A stretch of 64,000 nt of DNA from Camelus ferus (taxonomy: Eukaryota), in contig NC_045696.1 of assembly GCF_009834535.1 (NCBI RefSeq), positions 44,952,001 to 45,016,000 on the forward strand. Direction: 5' to 3'. The notes beneath the pieces were generated by a model. That model was not told the DNA's origin and made no database searches. It worked only from the letters and a program-made list of their open reading frames with translations. Position numbers and translations under genes: made by a program. This document shows positions 24,711 to 39,700 of this stretch, piece by piece. Position 1 is the stretch's first letter, and every line of letters begins with the position of its first letter.

Positions 24711-27017
24711 CTACCAGAGGGAAAAAAAATCCAGTCTAGTTTAAGCATAATAATTCAGAATAGGCACATCCGATGTGACATATTCAAATCAAAGAACTAC
24801 TTTGTCACTTGTGTTCATTTTTCAATTACCGGGTAACATCAGAAGGGCTATTCTCATACTGAAATACAAATGAAAAGGATTTTCAATCTTTTGTTAAGAC
24901 TATGGATGGAATCAAAGAGTTTTCATTCTTATAATTTGAAAAAACAGCACAAAAGATAAACTAGTAACCTGTCAAATAAAATAAAAAGGTCCTGGAGTTG
25001 CAAGAGAATACATAAAATTATTTACACCAAAGCTATTAAAATATTAGCATTTTGTTCTAATTTAACTTAAATTGGTAAATTAAGATGACAGATATATATG
25101 CATGGTTGTTTCATATATTAATGAAGTCTTTACAGAAATGTCAAACCTTCTGTCTCTTGTGAATATTACCTATAGTTGAAAAAATGCAATTTAATTAAAT
25201 AAAACAATTCTTTCTCCTATGAAGTTACAATGCAGATTGTTAATTTTCCTCCAACAACAAAAGAACTTAAAATGATGAAACAATAGAAGTAGATAATAAG
25301 AGAGCTTTTTAAGTCTTTAAAGGTAGAGTCCATTATTTTTATGGCTAAAATTCTCTGGCTAAATAAAAAAGAATGAAAATGCATAAAACAATTATCTAAA
25401 AAAAATTCAAGTATTTTACTCATCCATGTGAATAAATAAACAAGCCAACATTTTTTTTTTTTAACAGTTATTGCTAAAGGAGTTTACCTTGATGACGCCA
25501 ATGAAAAATACCAAAATAGAAACAGAAACCTACCCTCACCAACTTTAGGACCATCAACCAGTTTGCAAGACATTGGAGGTACATGTGGATCCAAAGCTGT
25601 TTGTGAACCGTCATGAATGAATCTCAAGATAAATCTGTTTCATTGATTTTTTTTTTTTTTAATCTTTATGACTGCAATTTTGAAGCACCTTCTGTAGAGG
25701 GAGCAAGAGGCCTTTGGTATATGAGCCATCAAGACCAAAATAACTTTCTCATTTTGATTTCTTTACTAGTTAGAATGAAAACAATTTTAAGGGATTTTGT
25801 CTGCCCATTACAAGAAGACATTTTGAAAAACCGAAAGGTTTTCAAATTTCAGCTGTATATCTGAGTGTCCAGGAAGTTCAGAGATGAAAGAGAAATCTCT
25901 AAGATTTTTCAGAAGTATATTTTAACCTGCCTTTGAAGACCTTCTCAAGATTGATTTTTGAATTCTTGTTTGAGTGACCTTTGGAATTCAGGTGACAGTT
26001 TATGGTGAGATGAGAGCACAGTGATACAGTGACAGGAAGTCCACTGTCACTGCCCAGAGCACATGCTAATAGCCTTACTAATAACCTAAAGGTTACACCT
26101 ACTGTGGTGTATGTAACCTCAGGAGACGTACATTCCAAATGAGGACCAGTGAGTGTGGACTGCAAAATGGTGACTTGATGGGAATTAGAGCAGGAGTTTC
26201 ACACACTAACTTTTCACAAATTCTTATAAACATGGATGTAAACTGAGCTAACTCAAGGACCAGAATGGGTTCTATTACCAAATAAAATTCATGAGAAAAA
26301 CACATGCCCTTTTTATGTCCTAATATACTTCCACGCATAATGAATTTTTTTCTATACAATTCAAGCATTGGCTGTACAAACGAAAAAGACTTATTGACCA
26401 AATATTCAACAACCACATCAATGTCAGGAATGTCCTATCTGCCTGGTGCAGCTTAATTCCAAAGAAGCATGGCACTGCGACATAAGAACAGACAACTGAA
26501 ATCACATCTGTCCTGGCTGATCCTATATTTTTTCTCCAATGATAAATATTTAATCAGGGTAATTCCCCCTACTCTTTAGCTCTGCTGCAAATCAACAGAG
26601 TATTCCTGAAGGAAATGAAAAGCAAAGCCCACCTGAAAGTTCATGGAATTATAAGGGCTTACTGCTAAAATTTACTAGTCACAGATAATTAGCTTAAATG
26701 GATTTTAGTGAATTGTATCTAGAAGTGAAAACTCTTCGAGTGGCATTTGTTGTATATCTAAGTCTGGAAAAAAATGCTTCAATATCCCATTTATCACCAT
26801 TTTAATGAAGTTCTAAAGAGTCAGATTTAATTTTTCTTACTATTTTTTTAATGCAAACTTTTAATATCAGTATAATATTCTAGTTAGATAAAAATAAAGC
26901 AAATTTGTAAGAACATCATTCCAGTGCATTTTATTCAGTAGTACGTAAATTTTTATACAAAATTATCTTACTTAGTCCTGAAGGGGGAAATAAGAGCAGT
27001 GTCTGTCATTAAAAAAT

Positions 27018-27220
27018 AGGAATGTAAACATAGACTCTGGGTGATTATGTGCAAATGTAGGTTCATCATGTTTAACAAATGTACCACTATGGGGGAGTGT
27101 GCAGATGATCAGGAAGGCTGGGCAGGTGTGGGGGTGCAGTTATATGGGAAATACCATATTTTCTCAATTTTGCTGTGAATCTAAAACAGCTCTAAAAAAT
27201 AGTCTTAATAAAAAAAAAGA
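27018..27220 (+). mobile_element. Old L1 (L1MC-like) 3' end fragment
   Basis: aacaaatgtaccact...ctcaattttgctgtgaatctaaaacagctctaaaa followed by an A tail; similar to 52100-52300. Confidence 0.75.
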
Positions 27221-29014
27221 TGAGGAAGGCACAATTAAAGAAGTTGTATATAAAATACCAAAAGAAATCTCAATTAAGGTAAATAATTACACCATTTGTA
27301 ATTATATATGGGATTTTTTCTTTTCACAAACTCATTCAAATAGTAGGTTCCACTTTACCTGCAACTAGAAAAGTGGTAAAAGGAATTCATTTAAGAATTT
27401 TCATTAGCTATCAGGGATGTTTACTTTTGATAGTAGAGAAAATATGTAACTTACGGTACATGGGAAAATGTTCAGTCATTGATTTAGCTCATGGGAAATT
27501 TTTAGGATACCAGAGGAATAAAATAGAGCAATTTTATTTGGCTGGTTCCAAGTTAAAGCCGCCAAGTAAACCATCCTCCCATTTACCCCCATTACTTCCT
27601 TCCCTCTGTATTTCCCTCGTACATGCACAGAGTTCCGCACTGCGGCTGTCATTCCTGAGTTCACGCGCTGGTAACGCACAAGGACACACACTCTTAAAGA
27701 TAAACAGCCATCCTCCCCACCATCCGCACTTCTTGTTAAATTCACTGTGTGCCAGTTAAACCTTTGGTGAGAAACACACCCACTTTCTGCTGTGCACACT
27801 TGAAACAAACCAAGAATGTACTTTCTAATGCTGCTCTCAACTAGTGATGTTTGCATCTTCGAACTCACGGCTCGTGGACGCACTCCTCTGCAGCCTTGTG
27901 CATTCTTGGTTTGAGAGGCATATAGAATCAGAGGGCTGACTTTCTGCATGTCCCATTAGCTTTACCTGATACAACTTATACCTCAGACATCACCCTTCCC
28001 AAGTACTTTTCTTTCCTTCATTTGAGCAATTCCTGATACTTTGATTAGTTCATCAACTTTTCCAGAAACAAAATAAAGTAGAATCATCCATCTTTACTGT
28101 CTACAGATGAACCTCCTGTGACACTGTCCCACAGTCACTGTCTTTGAACTTTAACCTTTCCTATTATGTGTATTTAGGAAGTGTACCTCCAGCGACATAA
28201 TTTTTTCTATAAATTCGTCTGTGTCTCCTCTATTTCTGTCCTAATCGCAAAACGCTTAAGGACAGGCCCTGAGTCAGCCAAGGCCTGGCACGGTACATGC
28301 CCCGCAGAGCTCTCTCAAGGTTTTAGACGAAAAGAATGAGAGGCTGTTGGGGAGATACATGACCAAGCTGTTGAGGGAAAGAAAACAATCATTTTTAGGA
28401 TACCTTCAGAATCTAGAAAAACATTTAAAATATATTATTTTGCTTCTTTTCTACATGTAACGATCTTTATTTAATAATCTCTGAAGGTAATTTTTAAAAA
28501 TATCTCTCATCAAAATCTAATCTTCAGCACCTGCCATATACATTAGTCTGCATTTCTTGTATTAGCTATCCCAATCTTAACGGGGAAAAGAACTAATGCA
28601 GAAGAATCACAGGCCAGAGAAGTGGTAACACCAAATCTGAGTGTATCTGAAATGATGACTGAGCATGTGCCACGTGTAAGTCACTTCCCCAGTATCTCTG
28701 AGTCAGTTTTATAAATACATGTACTAATTCTGAGGAGTCTTTCATAACATCAAGAAGAATCAGTGTGGTATATTATTAGGTTGAGTACAAGCTTTAATAT
28801 AAGCTATAGTTATAAGCATTTTCACTGACTTGTTTTTAAGTTGCAGAAGGAAATTTTAAGTTAATTTTTAAGTTAACTTATTTGGGACCCATATTCATTT
28901 CTAACACTTTTAGGGGGCAGCTTCAAGATAGATGTTCAGGAAACTCTTACATTTTTTGAGAATCTAACTTTCCAATACATGTTGAACATTAAAAACTTCA
29001 TGATGATATTTAAA

Positions 29015-29465
29015 GTGGCAATATTTACAATCACCAATAACTGTATACAACCCAAATGTCCCTCAGTGGAAGGATAAACAAACCATAGTTTGTTTTTACA
29101 ATGGAATACTTACTCTGAGCAATGAAAAAGGTACAAACTATTGATACACTTCACAATGTTGGTGAATATCAAACACATTGTGCTAAGCAGAAAGAAGCCA
29201 ACATCAAAATTTAAACTCAAAAATTACTGTATGATTCTATTTATATGTCCTGGGAAAAGCAAAACTATGTGGACATAAATCAGATTGCTAATTTCCATGG
29301 GTTTAGGGTAAAGGGAGAAACTGACAGAAGGCACAGGGATTCTTTTAGAGTGATGGAACTGTTCTGTATCTTGATTGTGATGGTGATTACATGACTATGC
29401 ATTTGCCAAAACTCACAAAACTGTATGGGGTGAATTTTAGTGTACATAAATTATGCTTTAACAAC
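29015..29465 (+). mobile_element. Old L1 (L1M-type) 3' region fragment
   Basis: caacccaaatgtccctcagtgg...atggaatactt...gatggaactgttctgtatcttgattgtgatggtg. Confidence 0.75.
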
Positions 29466-31579
29466 TGGAAAATTTCACTTTAAGGTTAAAAATTCATTTT
29501 AATTCATTTAAGATATTACAGATAAGCATGTACGCTTAATATCCCTAGTGGCTTTCAAATTATTTATCTAATTCCATTTGAGCCTACAAAGAAATGACAA
29601 CAGAAACACAAGAAATGCTTGGACCTGGTGGAATATGCCGAGATGCCCTCACTTAATGTGAAAGTAAAATCTCATTTTAACTCTACACATTTTCCATGAA
29701 TGGCTCAACCTGTTCATGGAAAAATGGAGACTATACAGTAGATCATGTCTCCATGGGACAAAAGAGAGACAGTATCAGTAACAGAACTTAGATCGCATAT
29801 TTAAATAGAATCCAGTGGCTCATATTTCTGTTTAAGGCTACCTAATTATTTGTGATCCTAAATCAGTTTTATGCTAAATTACAAGTAACAGATTTGTCAG
29901 ACTACTGGGATTAATGTTAATATCGGTTTTCATCTTAGCTTTTAGTCAGAGAAAATGAAAGATCAGTGGCATTTGTGGCATCCCCTCACCCCGAATACAG
30001 CCCTCCTCCAAAGGTCACTTTCCCACAGAGGAAGAGAGGGGGATTAGAATTCTCTCTGAATTTAGAAATTACAACACTAAAGTGAAAAGGAGAAAAACAG
30101 TGCCCATGATATTTACTCTGTACCCTCTCCACACACTATTGCTCATTCTGCTGAGGCTAGTTTAAAATGAAATAAATACTTGCAGCCCTCAATTCTTTTC
30201 ACCAGTGTGTCAGTAAGTAGGTTCTAGGGACTCACTACAACACATCAGAAAACCTACGCTAGGATGGCCAAGCTGCTCTGCAGGAGATGTGAACAAAACT
30301 TAATTTATAAATCAATAAGAATATGCAGAAAAAATAAAGTCTGAGTTTCAAAGACTGAGTCATTTCAGTAGGTCAAGACTGAATGCACAAGCATTTCTAC
30401 ATGATACATCAATGAGAGAAGAGTGCCCCAGCAGTCATAATGAACAAATTGAAAAGAAGGACCCATCCCACAGCATCCTGCATCTGTCATGTCAATCGTT
30501 CCTTACAAAGGACTGCCGTCTTCAATAATGGTGCATCTCCCCAAGGTCAAACAAACAAAAACAGTGCATCATCTCTGCAAGTCTTTAAAAGACTTTAAGG
30601 TACTAGAAGGAAAGCTGGTTCAAAAGTTGATAAAAGAACATCCCTGTTCATTCACTAGGGTTAAGAGTGCTCTTAATTATAGCTTCATCTGCCACTTAAA
30701 AGTTTTCTACCATATTTTCTTATCTTTAAATCAATATTAATTTCTTATCATTGAACATAAACAGGGTTGGTGTAAAACTGAAGTGCACATTGTCTACACA
30801 AATTCTTAGGTGAACAGTAACAGAGAATGTTTTCCTGCTCTTCTGCCATTAAGCGTAAATAACAGAGCCCGGTAGGTACTGTATCAAAGATGAAAATTTT
30901 CCATCAAGTTTATTTCCCTTCAGTTTTTAAGAATTAAAATGTGATGTTTGTTTTAATAACTCCTGTGGCTTAGTACTTTTTTTCCTCTTCTTTCTCTGTC
31001 TTTCACTCCTCAGTCAAAAACAAAACAAATACTTCCCCTCTCCGATGAATCTGACCAGCACTTCGGTCAAATCAGCCCAGTTTTATCATTTTGCACTTCT
31101 CTACAGACCATCTCGGCCGTGGTTTTAAGACAGCCACCCTCAGGTGCACACCTGCAGGCCCGGACGCCGGTGCTGTCTGTGCTGTCTGGGGGGGTGGACC
31201 TCCTGGGTAGCTCACTGGAAGGTGGTAGTGGTTGAGGCTACATTCACAAATCCTCATTTCTAGTCTGTTTTCCCCAGCAATTTGGTATATAAAGGGAGAT
31301 TATGGTCATAAAAGATAGACAATGTATACTAAGATTTTACTACACAGAAATGTTCTAAATATGCTTTCTACAATATCAACATTATAGGGGTAAATGATAC
31401 CGTTTTAACGGTGTTATTTTAATATCTATTTCTATATTGTTTAAAAAATATTACAGGATTATATTCATATGCCTAAGAGTGTAATTAATCTACCAAATTT
31501 GGGCAGTGGGCATGTGGAAATGAATTTATCAACTTTAGATAGAACCTACGGAAATAGGTACTCGGATACAATGTAAAGT

Positions 31580-32505
31580 TTAAAGCTTAGATGGTACATC
31601 CAACTGTCCCTTGACGTCACTTTGGATGTGTGTGCTTAACAGGCATCTGAAACTCAAAAGATGCATAAATTTTACCACCTCTGCTGCCTTCCCATACCTG
31701 CTCCTTCTATCTTCTCCCTATCTTTGGTAAATGGCACCAACGCATTCATCCAGTTTCTTTAGCCAAAAACCCATACAAGAGTCATCCCTGACATATCACC
31801 TCACAGACATCCAGTTTATTAACAGGTACTGTACTGTTGGGTCAAGATACAACCCGAAGCTGACCATGTAACTCCACCGCTATCATTCCAGTCAAAGCCC
31901 TGACTGTACCTGACTGGTCCACCACATCAGATGACTGCACTCTCCATTGACTTCCCTGCTCCCACTTCTGCTGTCCTAAAGACAATTCTTCACATAGCAG
32001 CCAGTGAAACTCTTTAAAAACACAAACCAGCATCACGTAACATTGATCAAAACCTTCCGACAGTTCCTAAAACTAACCGGAGTCCTTACCGTGCTCTAAA
32101 GGCAGTACACGATTTAGCTCCTGCAAGATCTTATTCAGCTCCAGCCCCCCTGCCCTTCTTGTTGTTCTTCAGGTACTTCAGATATGCCGAAAGGATCCAC
32201 CTGCCTCACTGTTTTGCACTCCAGTTCTCTTTTTTTTGTTTTTTGCTCAGACCACCTCATGGCTTGCTCTCCTGCTTCTTTTGGGTTTCTGTTCAATGAC
32301 CTTTCCTGGTGACCTTACCTAAAGTGTAAACCTGCCTATCACTACCCCTTTCCCTGCTTTATTTTTCCTCCTGGCATTACCACTACCTGACAGTATACTT
32401 GAGTTACTTGTTCCCTTTTGGCTTGCCCTAACTAGAGCACGAATCCCAAAGAGGATAGGATTTTATCTTGTTCACTCTGAATCTCCAGTACACACGGCTG
32501 AATGA
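31580..32505 (+). mobile_element. L2 3' remnant
   Basis: tggatgt..aggcatctgaaactcaa, aaatggcacca, cacatagcagccagtga, ttgttcact, ending gaatgaa. Confidence 0.7.
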
Positions 32506-34231
32506 AAGTATGATAGGCAAAATCTGGATTCTCTACGCATTGAGCTTAAAATATTAGCACCCTATCTATCGGTTTAGAAAAAATACAAAGATCAACGCCA
32601 CCACCTCCAACCACAAAAAACCCTTTCTACAAAAATATGAATAGTGATTCACGTGTATTTGAAAGCTTAAGATTAACATGTCAAAAGATCCATTTCTAAA
32701 AGACAAGGCACAAGAAAAATATTTGTCTAAAACAAAATTGGCATTCTTCAGCATTCCAGAACATTATCTCACCTGGAAGTAATTATTCCATTATTATGAT
32801 AATTCCTTTGCTTATTTGCCAATATCTTGTGTCAAGTAAAATAAATATTTTTAACTGTTTCAGGTTTCATTTTGTTTAGTTTCAAAAGATCAAATTATTT
32901 CAAGATAAATATAATTTAGTAAAAATTGACACTACATGTAAAAATAATCCACATAATTTTTTTCATTCTTCCCCTAAAAAATTACAATCACCCATGTTTC
33001 AAGCTGTTATTTAAAAATTTATAGCTGAATGTCAATCAACTTGGTTAAACAGAAACTATTTAAGAAAAATAAGTAAATCCATACATACTAGTACAATTTC
33101 AGCTTACTTTTACTACAGAATATCTAAAAAAAATAAATTCAATATTTTTCTAGGTCTCCAGGTAAATTACACAATAAAAGTCACATAATTGCAAACACAC
33201 TATTTTACAAGAAAGTAAACACTATCAGAGTCACCTCTTCTATCAGTATAATGGGAATCAGAGTAATCAAATAATTTACCAATACACTTCAATGAATATT
33301 TATAATAACACAGTATAGATTTAAAGGTAAATGTTAGCTTTGACATTACTGAATTCAACATTGGGATTTTCAACATTTGTGAGAACTGTCAGGGTCTATG
33401 TTGGGTGGCAATTTGTTTTGTTTTGTGTGTTTTGGTTTGTTTTTCTGGCTTTGGCCTAATTTTGAAACATGCACTAAGACAGACCCTAACATGGAAACAG
33501 GTACCTGAGCAACCAATATCCCTATTTCACTGAGTGACATTTTGCTAAGACTATTCTGTGCCCCTACAGAGCTCAGTGTCTTTACTCACTGTACTCTGGT
33601 TAAACACTCTAATGAAGCTGAGGTAGACAAGACATCAAAATCAAAGCAAACTCAGAGCAGGAATCCAACTTACACTGGCTTCAGAAATGGTATGCAACCA
33701 ACTATAAATGAACATTCACGTTTCCAAGTACTTCATATATAATTAACACTAAGGATGACAGCCCCTTAAAATAACATATATGGAACCTAAAAAGTTGAAG
33801 CTCGAAAGGATTTTAGAGATCATTTAAGATAAACAGACGGAAAAAGTGAAACCTAAGGCAGTTACCTTTTTCAAAGACAGACAAATACTTAATGCTGGAG
33901 TAACGTCTGGGACCAAATGTGATTTTATTTTAATGTTCACAATTACGTGCTGGTTTCATAATAAATACAGTGCAGCATAAATGATTAAGAAAAATGCTTA
34001 TTAAAATATTAAGCAACAAAGGAAGGCATGAAATTATCTCTACAATGTAACCTAAATCACATAACAAATCTAAAGTGAAAAAATGTCAAAATGTTAAAAC
34101 TCTGGGCACTGATAGTTGCAGTATGTATATGCTTGTATTTAATTTTTTCCTTTTTATATATTTGCCATATTTTCTAAACAACTGCTACCTATATGGCAAA
34201 ATAAAAAATAAAATGGAGAGATAAACATGCC

Positions 34232-34445
34232 ATTAATATATAAAAATAGATAAGAAATAAATTTCTTCTGTATAGCACAGGGAACTATATTCAGTATCTT
34301 ATAATAAGCTTTAATGAAAAATATGAAAACAAATATATCTGTGTGTGTATGTATATACGTGACTGGGACACTGTGCTGCACACCAGAAACGGACACACTG
34401 TAACTGACTATATGTCAATAAAAAAACCAAAAACCAAAAAAATAA
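34232..34445 (+). mobile_element. Short L1 3' end, camelid-type
   Basis: ctgtatagcacagggaactatattcag...caccagaaacggacacactgtaactgactata followed by an A-rich tail. Confidence 0.9.
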
Positions 34446-35479
34446 GCCGTTAAAAGCCAACACTTCTATTGTTAACTATTAATGTGCAGTACAAAACAGA
34501 AAACTAATTTGCTGTTACCAATTCACTGTTAAAGTATTTCTCTGGTTAAGCAAAGCAACTGCATTGTTTCTGAGGCAAAAAATCAAGAGTAAATGAGGAG
34601 AAAGTATATCCACATGCATATATAAGCTTAAGTATTAGAAAAATATCAATAAAATGCATCTTTCTATGCATTTGTTGTTCTTTATTTACAGAATTAAGCA
34701 CTTAGTATTAACTATGAATGAAGCAAACTGTAACCCCTGCTTCTTATCCCACTTGCCAATATGAATTTAATAAACAGAATGTAAAATTTTTATCTCTAAT
34801 TAGCAAGATTTCATTTACTTCATTTTCTGATGTTCTCTGAATCAGAGGTAACGCAGCTTAGATGTTTTAATTATATACACATATATCCAGAGTTCATGCG
34901 AGGCTACAGCATCATGTTATCACTGATGTAGATCCTACTACACAGAGTATGTGCATTTGCCTCTAACTTCTATGTCTGCTACATATCCAGCAGCACCAAG
35001 AAAAGTGGCCACTGGAGAACCGTCCCATTAGCTTAGTTTCCCACTGTTCCCTAAATGATGTCCAATTTCACACTCTTGCTTTTTCTCATGCACACCTTTC
35101 CCCAATTGTGCCCATCCTCCATGACTCAGGAAATTTCCATCCTCTCTATAAAACATCCTTGACTTACCAAGTCTTTAACAGCCATTCCTCCAAGCTTATA
35201 TAAAAACTAACAAGTCAGATTCATACAACTTACTGTATAACGTTCTCTTATAATTTCATGTATGCTAACTATTTTAAAGCAGACTGTCAATTTCTTGGAA
35301 GCTGGTATTCAGCTTCTCATTCTCTTGCGTTCAGTGATCAGCAGAGGAAGGAGTGAAGGTGCTCTAAGACTTTCAACTAGAAAACGGGATCTTAGCAGAT
35401 AATAAAGTCAACCAACCAAGCAACCAGGTGTTCTCAGTATACTCACTAAACAGCTAACAAAGTAAGGTGTTAAGGGAGA

Positions 35480-36360
35480 ATCAGAGTTGATAAGAAAAGG
35501 GTTTTACCCTGCAAATCTTATCTTTTTAATGTGGAGAGGCACTTTAATATTAGAGAACAGTAGCACAAAGTGCATAATTAAATGTGTACAAAATAAACTC
35601 TAGGAGGAGGAAGGAGAACCATTATGACTGAAGTCACAGAAGATTTTATAAAGAAACAGAGCCTGAGACATGGATCTTTAGAATAAAGATTCTGAAAAGT
35701 GGTGCACAGGAGGCAACAGCATGAAAGACTCACAAAACCAGAGGGGGAAAAAAATCAAGACAGGACTGGAGGGAAAGCATTAGGAATCACTGAACGATGT
35801 TTTAGTTGGGTAAAATTCTGTGGATCTTACTGATAGCAGGAGAGCACAGAATTAAATTAGAAGGCAGGAAAGAACAATGCTGGGTTTTGAGTAGGAAAGT
35901 GGTCAGAAAGCAGAATTTAAATTACATCAGGTATGTGAACTAACTATACTGGAGGAAAGACAGGCAGCTTGATTTAATATAAAGAGGAAAATGGGAATCA
36001 GGAGACTCGGCTTCACCCTGGTTTGATGTGGGCAGGTAACAGCACTGGCCTGACGTGCCTCTTGTGCCCCACTTTCAAGCGAGACACCTCGGTTAACTCG
36101 TTTTTCTAGCTTTATAAGCCATCGATATTAGTTCTGAGATCATATCATATGATCAGGTACAAACCTCTTTCAGTTGTCCAGTTATGAGGCAAAACCAGGG
36201 CAATAGGGGAGATTAGCTGGATGTAAAAAAACTTTAAAAGTCAACAGGATTTTAGTGGCTGAATGGATTTGAGAGATGAGAAGACTGGAAGAGCCACAGA
36301 TGATTTTATGATGTCAAACTGGGTATTTGGGACAGACATGACACCTCTGAGGAAGAGACG
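35480..36360 (-). mobile_element. Degenerate L2 remnant with possible MIR pieces
   Basis: gggttttgagtaggaaagtg, caacaggattttagtggctgaatggat, gatgattt motifs typical of antisense L2. Confidence 0.45.
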
Positions 36361-36664
36361 GTGAATTGGACGGAGAGCTCACGGCGCTACTCGAGCTTCG
36401 TCTTGGATGCTGGGAGGACTTAGCATGTAAAGCAACAGAGAGAAAGCGATCTTAGCATGTTGGGAAGTCTCTTCAATGCTGTAGTTAGCAGCAAAGAATC
36501 AGAAAGGATCTTGATTTCTGGTGCTTTACTTTCTAAATCCAGCTGGATCATTCCCACCGATGCATTGCTAGTCACCCCGTACTTTCCGTCCTGAGACACT
36601 CAAAACCACTACTTACAACATCTCTACGCACGGACAAATAATCTCCAAATTCAATACAACTCAC

Positions 36665-36759
36665 TTGATGCTGGGAAGAAGGGTGGCAGCTGGAGGGGGA
36701 GGAGAAAGCCGGGGAGGAACGTCATACTCTTCACTCCCCAGGTGACCATTGGAAAAGAC
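36665..36759 (-). CDS. CBLB: CBLB exon 13 (YDVP motif)
   Basis: tttcag|GTCTTT...ATCAA|gtgagt; 95 nt; [31 protein letters not shown]. Confidence 0.95.
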
Positions 36760-39700
36760 CTGAAAGGAAATCAAAGGGTTAGTTTAGAATTTAATTCTTG
36801 GGGGACCTTAAAACAACAGCAGCTCTTAGACAACCTATAATTGTGAAAAGAACATATAAGTTGTTTATTTAAACAAGTGAAATACAGCATTTACTTAGGA
36901 GTTAGGAGCACCCTAGTGATTATTCACCACCACCCAAAGTAGTACCAAGTTACGTGAAAAAAATGCAACATGGTTCTTAAACATACTGAGAGGAAATGCT
37001 GTAATTTCTATAAATCAGATGGAGACAGCTAAATAAATGAATAGCAGAAGTCTCCAAACATGATCAGTTTTTATTGAAAAATTAGCATCTCTGTAAGGAT
37101 TCAGTAAAGAAAAACCAGCACCGGTGCGATTCTTATTTCAATCCCTCCCAAATGAAACTGTTCTGAATTGTGTCTCGCTGAGATTAAAGAGAACATTTGT
37201 AAACTTCTCAACAAAACCGAACATGAGTACAATCAGAAATGCCTTTGGTTCTTTCAAGGATGAAGCTTCAGCACTACTGGTAACTAGAGACCTGGTCCGG
37301 CTTTCTAAATGCAGGCCATTTTAAATACAATTTTTAGTGTGGGAACAACACAAATCAAAACTGTTACCTTGCCTCTAAGGCACCACAGAGAGCCAGTGTC
37401 TGATTACTCAGAATTCGGAAATTTTGATTCAGGTTGTTCAGTTACATTACAGGAACTGTAACCGTCTGAACAACTGCTCTTTACCAATCCAATGACTTAA
37501 ATTAAAGCAGTTTAAAAGGAAAAAAAGAGAGTAACTTTGCCAAGACATATTTACAAGAAAAAATTAAACATATTTAAAGACCTTTAAGTAATCATTAGAG
37601 TTTTATCATTAAGTTCTTTTCCAAACTCTTATTAGTTCATATTTAAAAGTTGGGGGCCAATTTGGGGCAAAAAGGATGAAATATAACTTTAATAGCCCTA
37701 CATAACCCAATCAATGACCTGCCAATTTCTTCCCTGCCACTGCCCATCATAGTTCTAAAACAGTATTGAAGCTTTAGAATGCACAGTGAAAAAGCTGTAT
37801 CCTTCTCTATCAACTTAAAATAAGAAAAGAAACATGTTTAAAAAATACATTTGAAATATGTCAATATTTGTATTTCAAAGCTACACAATATAAATTTTAT
37901 AGCATTAGTTTCACTCGAAAGATCAGTCCTATGCTATAGCTCTGAGTTCTTTTTTTGTCTCCCCTCATTAGATTCAATACACTACAGATACACTATGACA
38001 AAAAGATATTCTTAATTTTATCTTAGGTTTCTGACTAAGGACCAAATAAGAGAACAAGACAGAGTTTTTTGAACTTTGTTGGAGAGAAGAAATTTCTATG
38101 TAGATATTAATTACTGTAAAGCTCAAGAAAACCTTTAACATAAAAAATTCCCTTTCAACCAACAAATACATGTATCAAACCACAAATGCTCATTGTGATA
38201 ATGGGGCATAAAAAGTCGTCCTTATTTGGAGTCCTGTGCATGGTGCTGAAATGGATACAAAGTAACATTTCTGCAATCAAATCTCCTTGATGTTTCTGAC
38301 ACAAATACATTTAAAATTCATTTTGGAAAATGTAACATGGGTATTATATACAATTATTTATTTTATTATGAGCACGTATCTAATATACTTTGATACCTAA
38401 TAAAATGTCAGCAGTCATAAAGTAAAAGGGAGATACAGGGATAGTAGTTTCTGTTGTATTAGTTCTACATGAGTCTCCTTCAGGATAGACTCTGATTTCT
38501 TCATTTTATAGGACATTCCTTCAATGCTTTACACAAAGTAGGGCTTGAATGAATATTGACTGCTGACTGGCTTACATTATACATGTGTGCAAACAGTAGA
38601 GGACCTAAATATGCTGGTACTAAAGTGATGTTCATATTTCTGCTCATCCAAAGTGACTGGACGACAAGATTTAATATTATTTCGTTCTGAACTCCAAGTT
38701 CCCACCTGCACCCATTTCATTAAACCTAAAATCATTTCACCTGCCATTACCTGAGGGCACGCACTAAGTCACAACTTTCTGAGCTAAAAATAAATCTTTT
38801 ACGTTCTCTGGAAATCTGAAAAGCCTGTCTGCAAATAGGGAAAAACAACCTCAAATGTGCAGACTGACAGTAGCAACTGAAGCAGTGTACACTGAACTCT
38901 CAACAAAAGCAACATTTTTTCTTCTGCCTTCCTAGCTCGCTGTCCCAAATTTACCACAGTTCCACAGGGAATACTATCAACTTGAATATTCTGGTCCTAC
39001 CACTCTGCTGCCAAAAAGCTTTAAAAGCTCTCATCTGTCTACCACACTAGAGATAACTTAGTGTGTGACACATTCCCTAACTGCTTTCAGTTTGCCTTGC
39101 CATAGTTTCACCCACCGAGTTTACTCTCTCTGTGTGCCCCACAGTCTGTCCTCAGCCGGCTCCCTGCCCCATCCGTATCTTCCCACCTCCCTGCTCTTCC
39201 TTCTGGTCATATCTACAAAACAACACCTGCCAACCTTTTAATGTTTATAGCCAGTGACCCTCCTGCAAAAAGCTTTCTTTATTCCTTCTTTTACCCTGCA
39301 TCTCAAGTAGAATGTTTTTTCCCCCATGGGGATCCCACATTATATCTTCCAGATGCTTCTCCTATGCCTTGTCTCTTAGTTAATCGTATATGTGTCTTAC
39401 CCTCGCTAGACTGTGCTTTACTCATTTTGTATTCACCACAGTACCTTGAACATCCTCAATACTCATTTAACTGAAAGAGGTTGAAGTAATAAAAATACAT
39501 TAAGGGAAATTTAGACTTGTGGAAGTATAATCTGAGATACCATATAATGTATTATAAACTCTAGGTTGTCCAAGATTAGTATTTTTCTACATGCCTCAAG
39601 ATAGCATTTTATCCAAATTTTAAGTTGGAAATGTTTTCTTGTGATTCAATGGTGTCTAGAAATTAAGGTTAAAGCATTTTGGGACCCTTGAGATGCAGGG

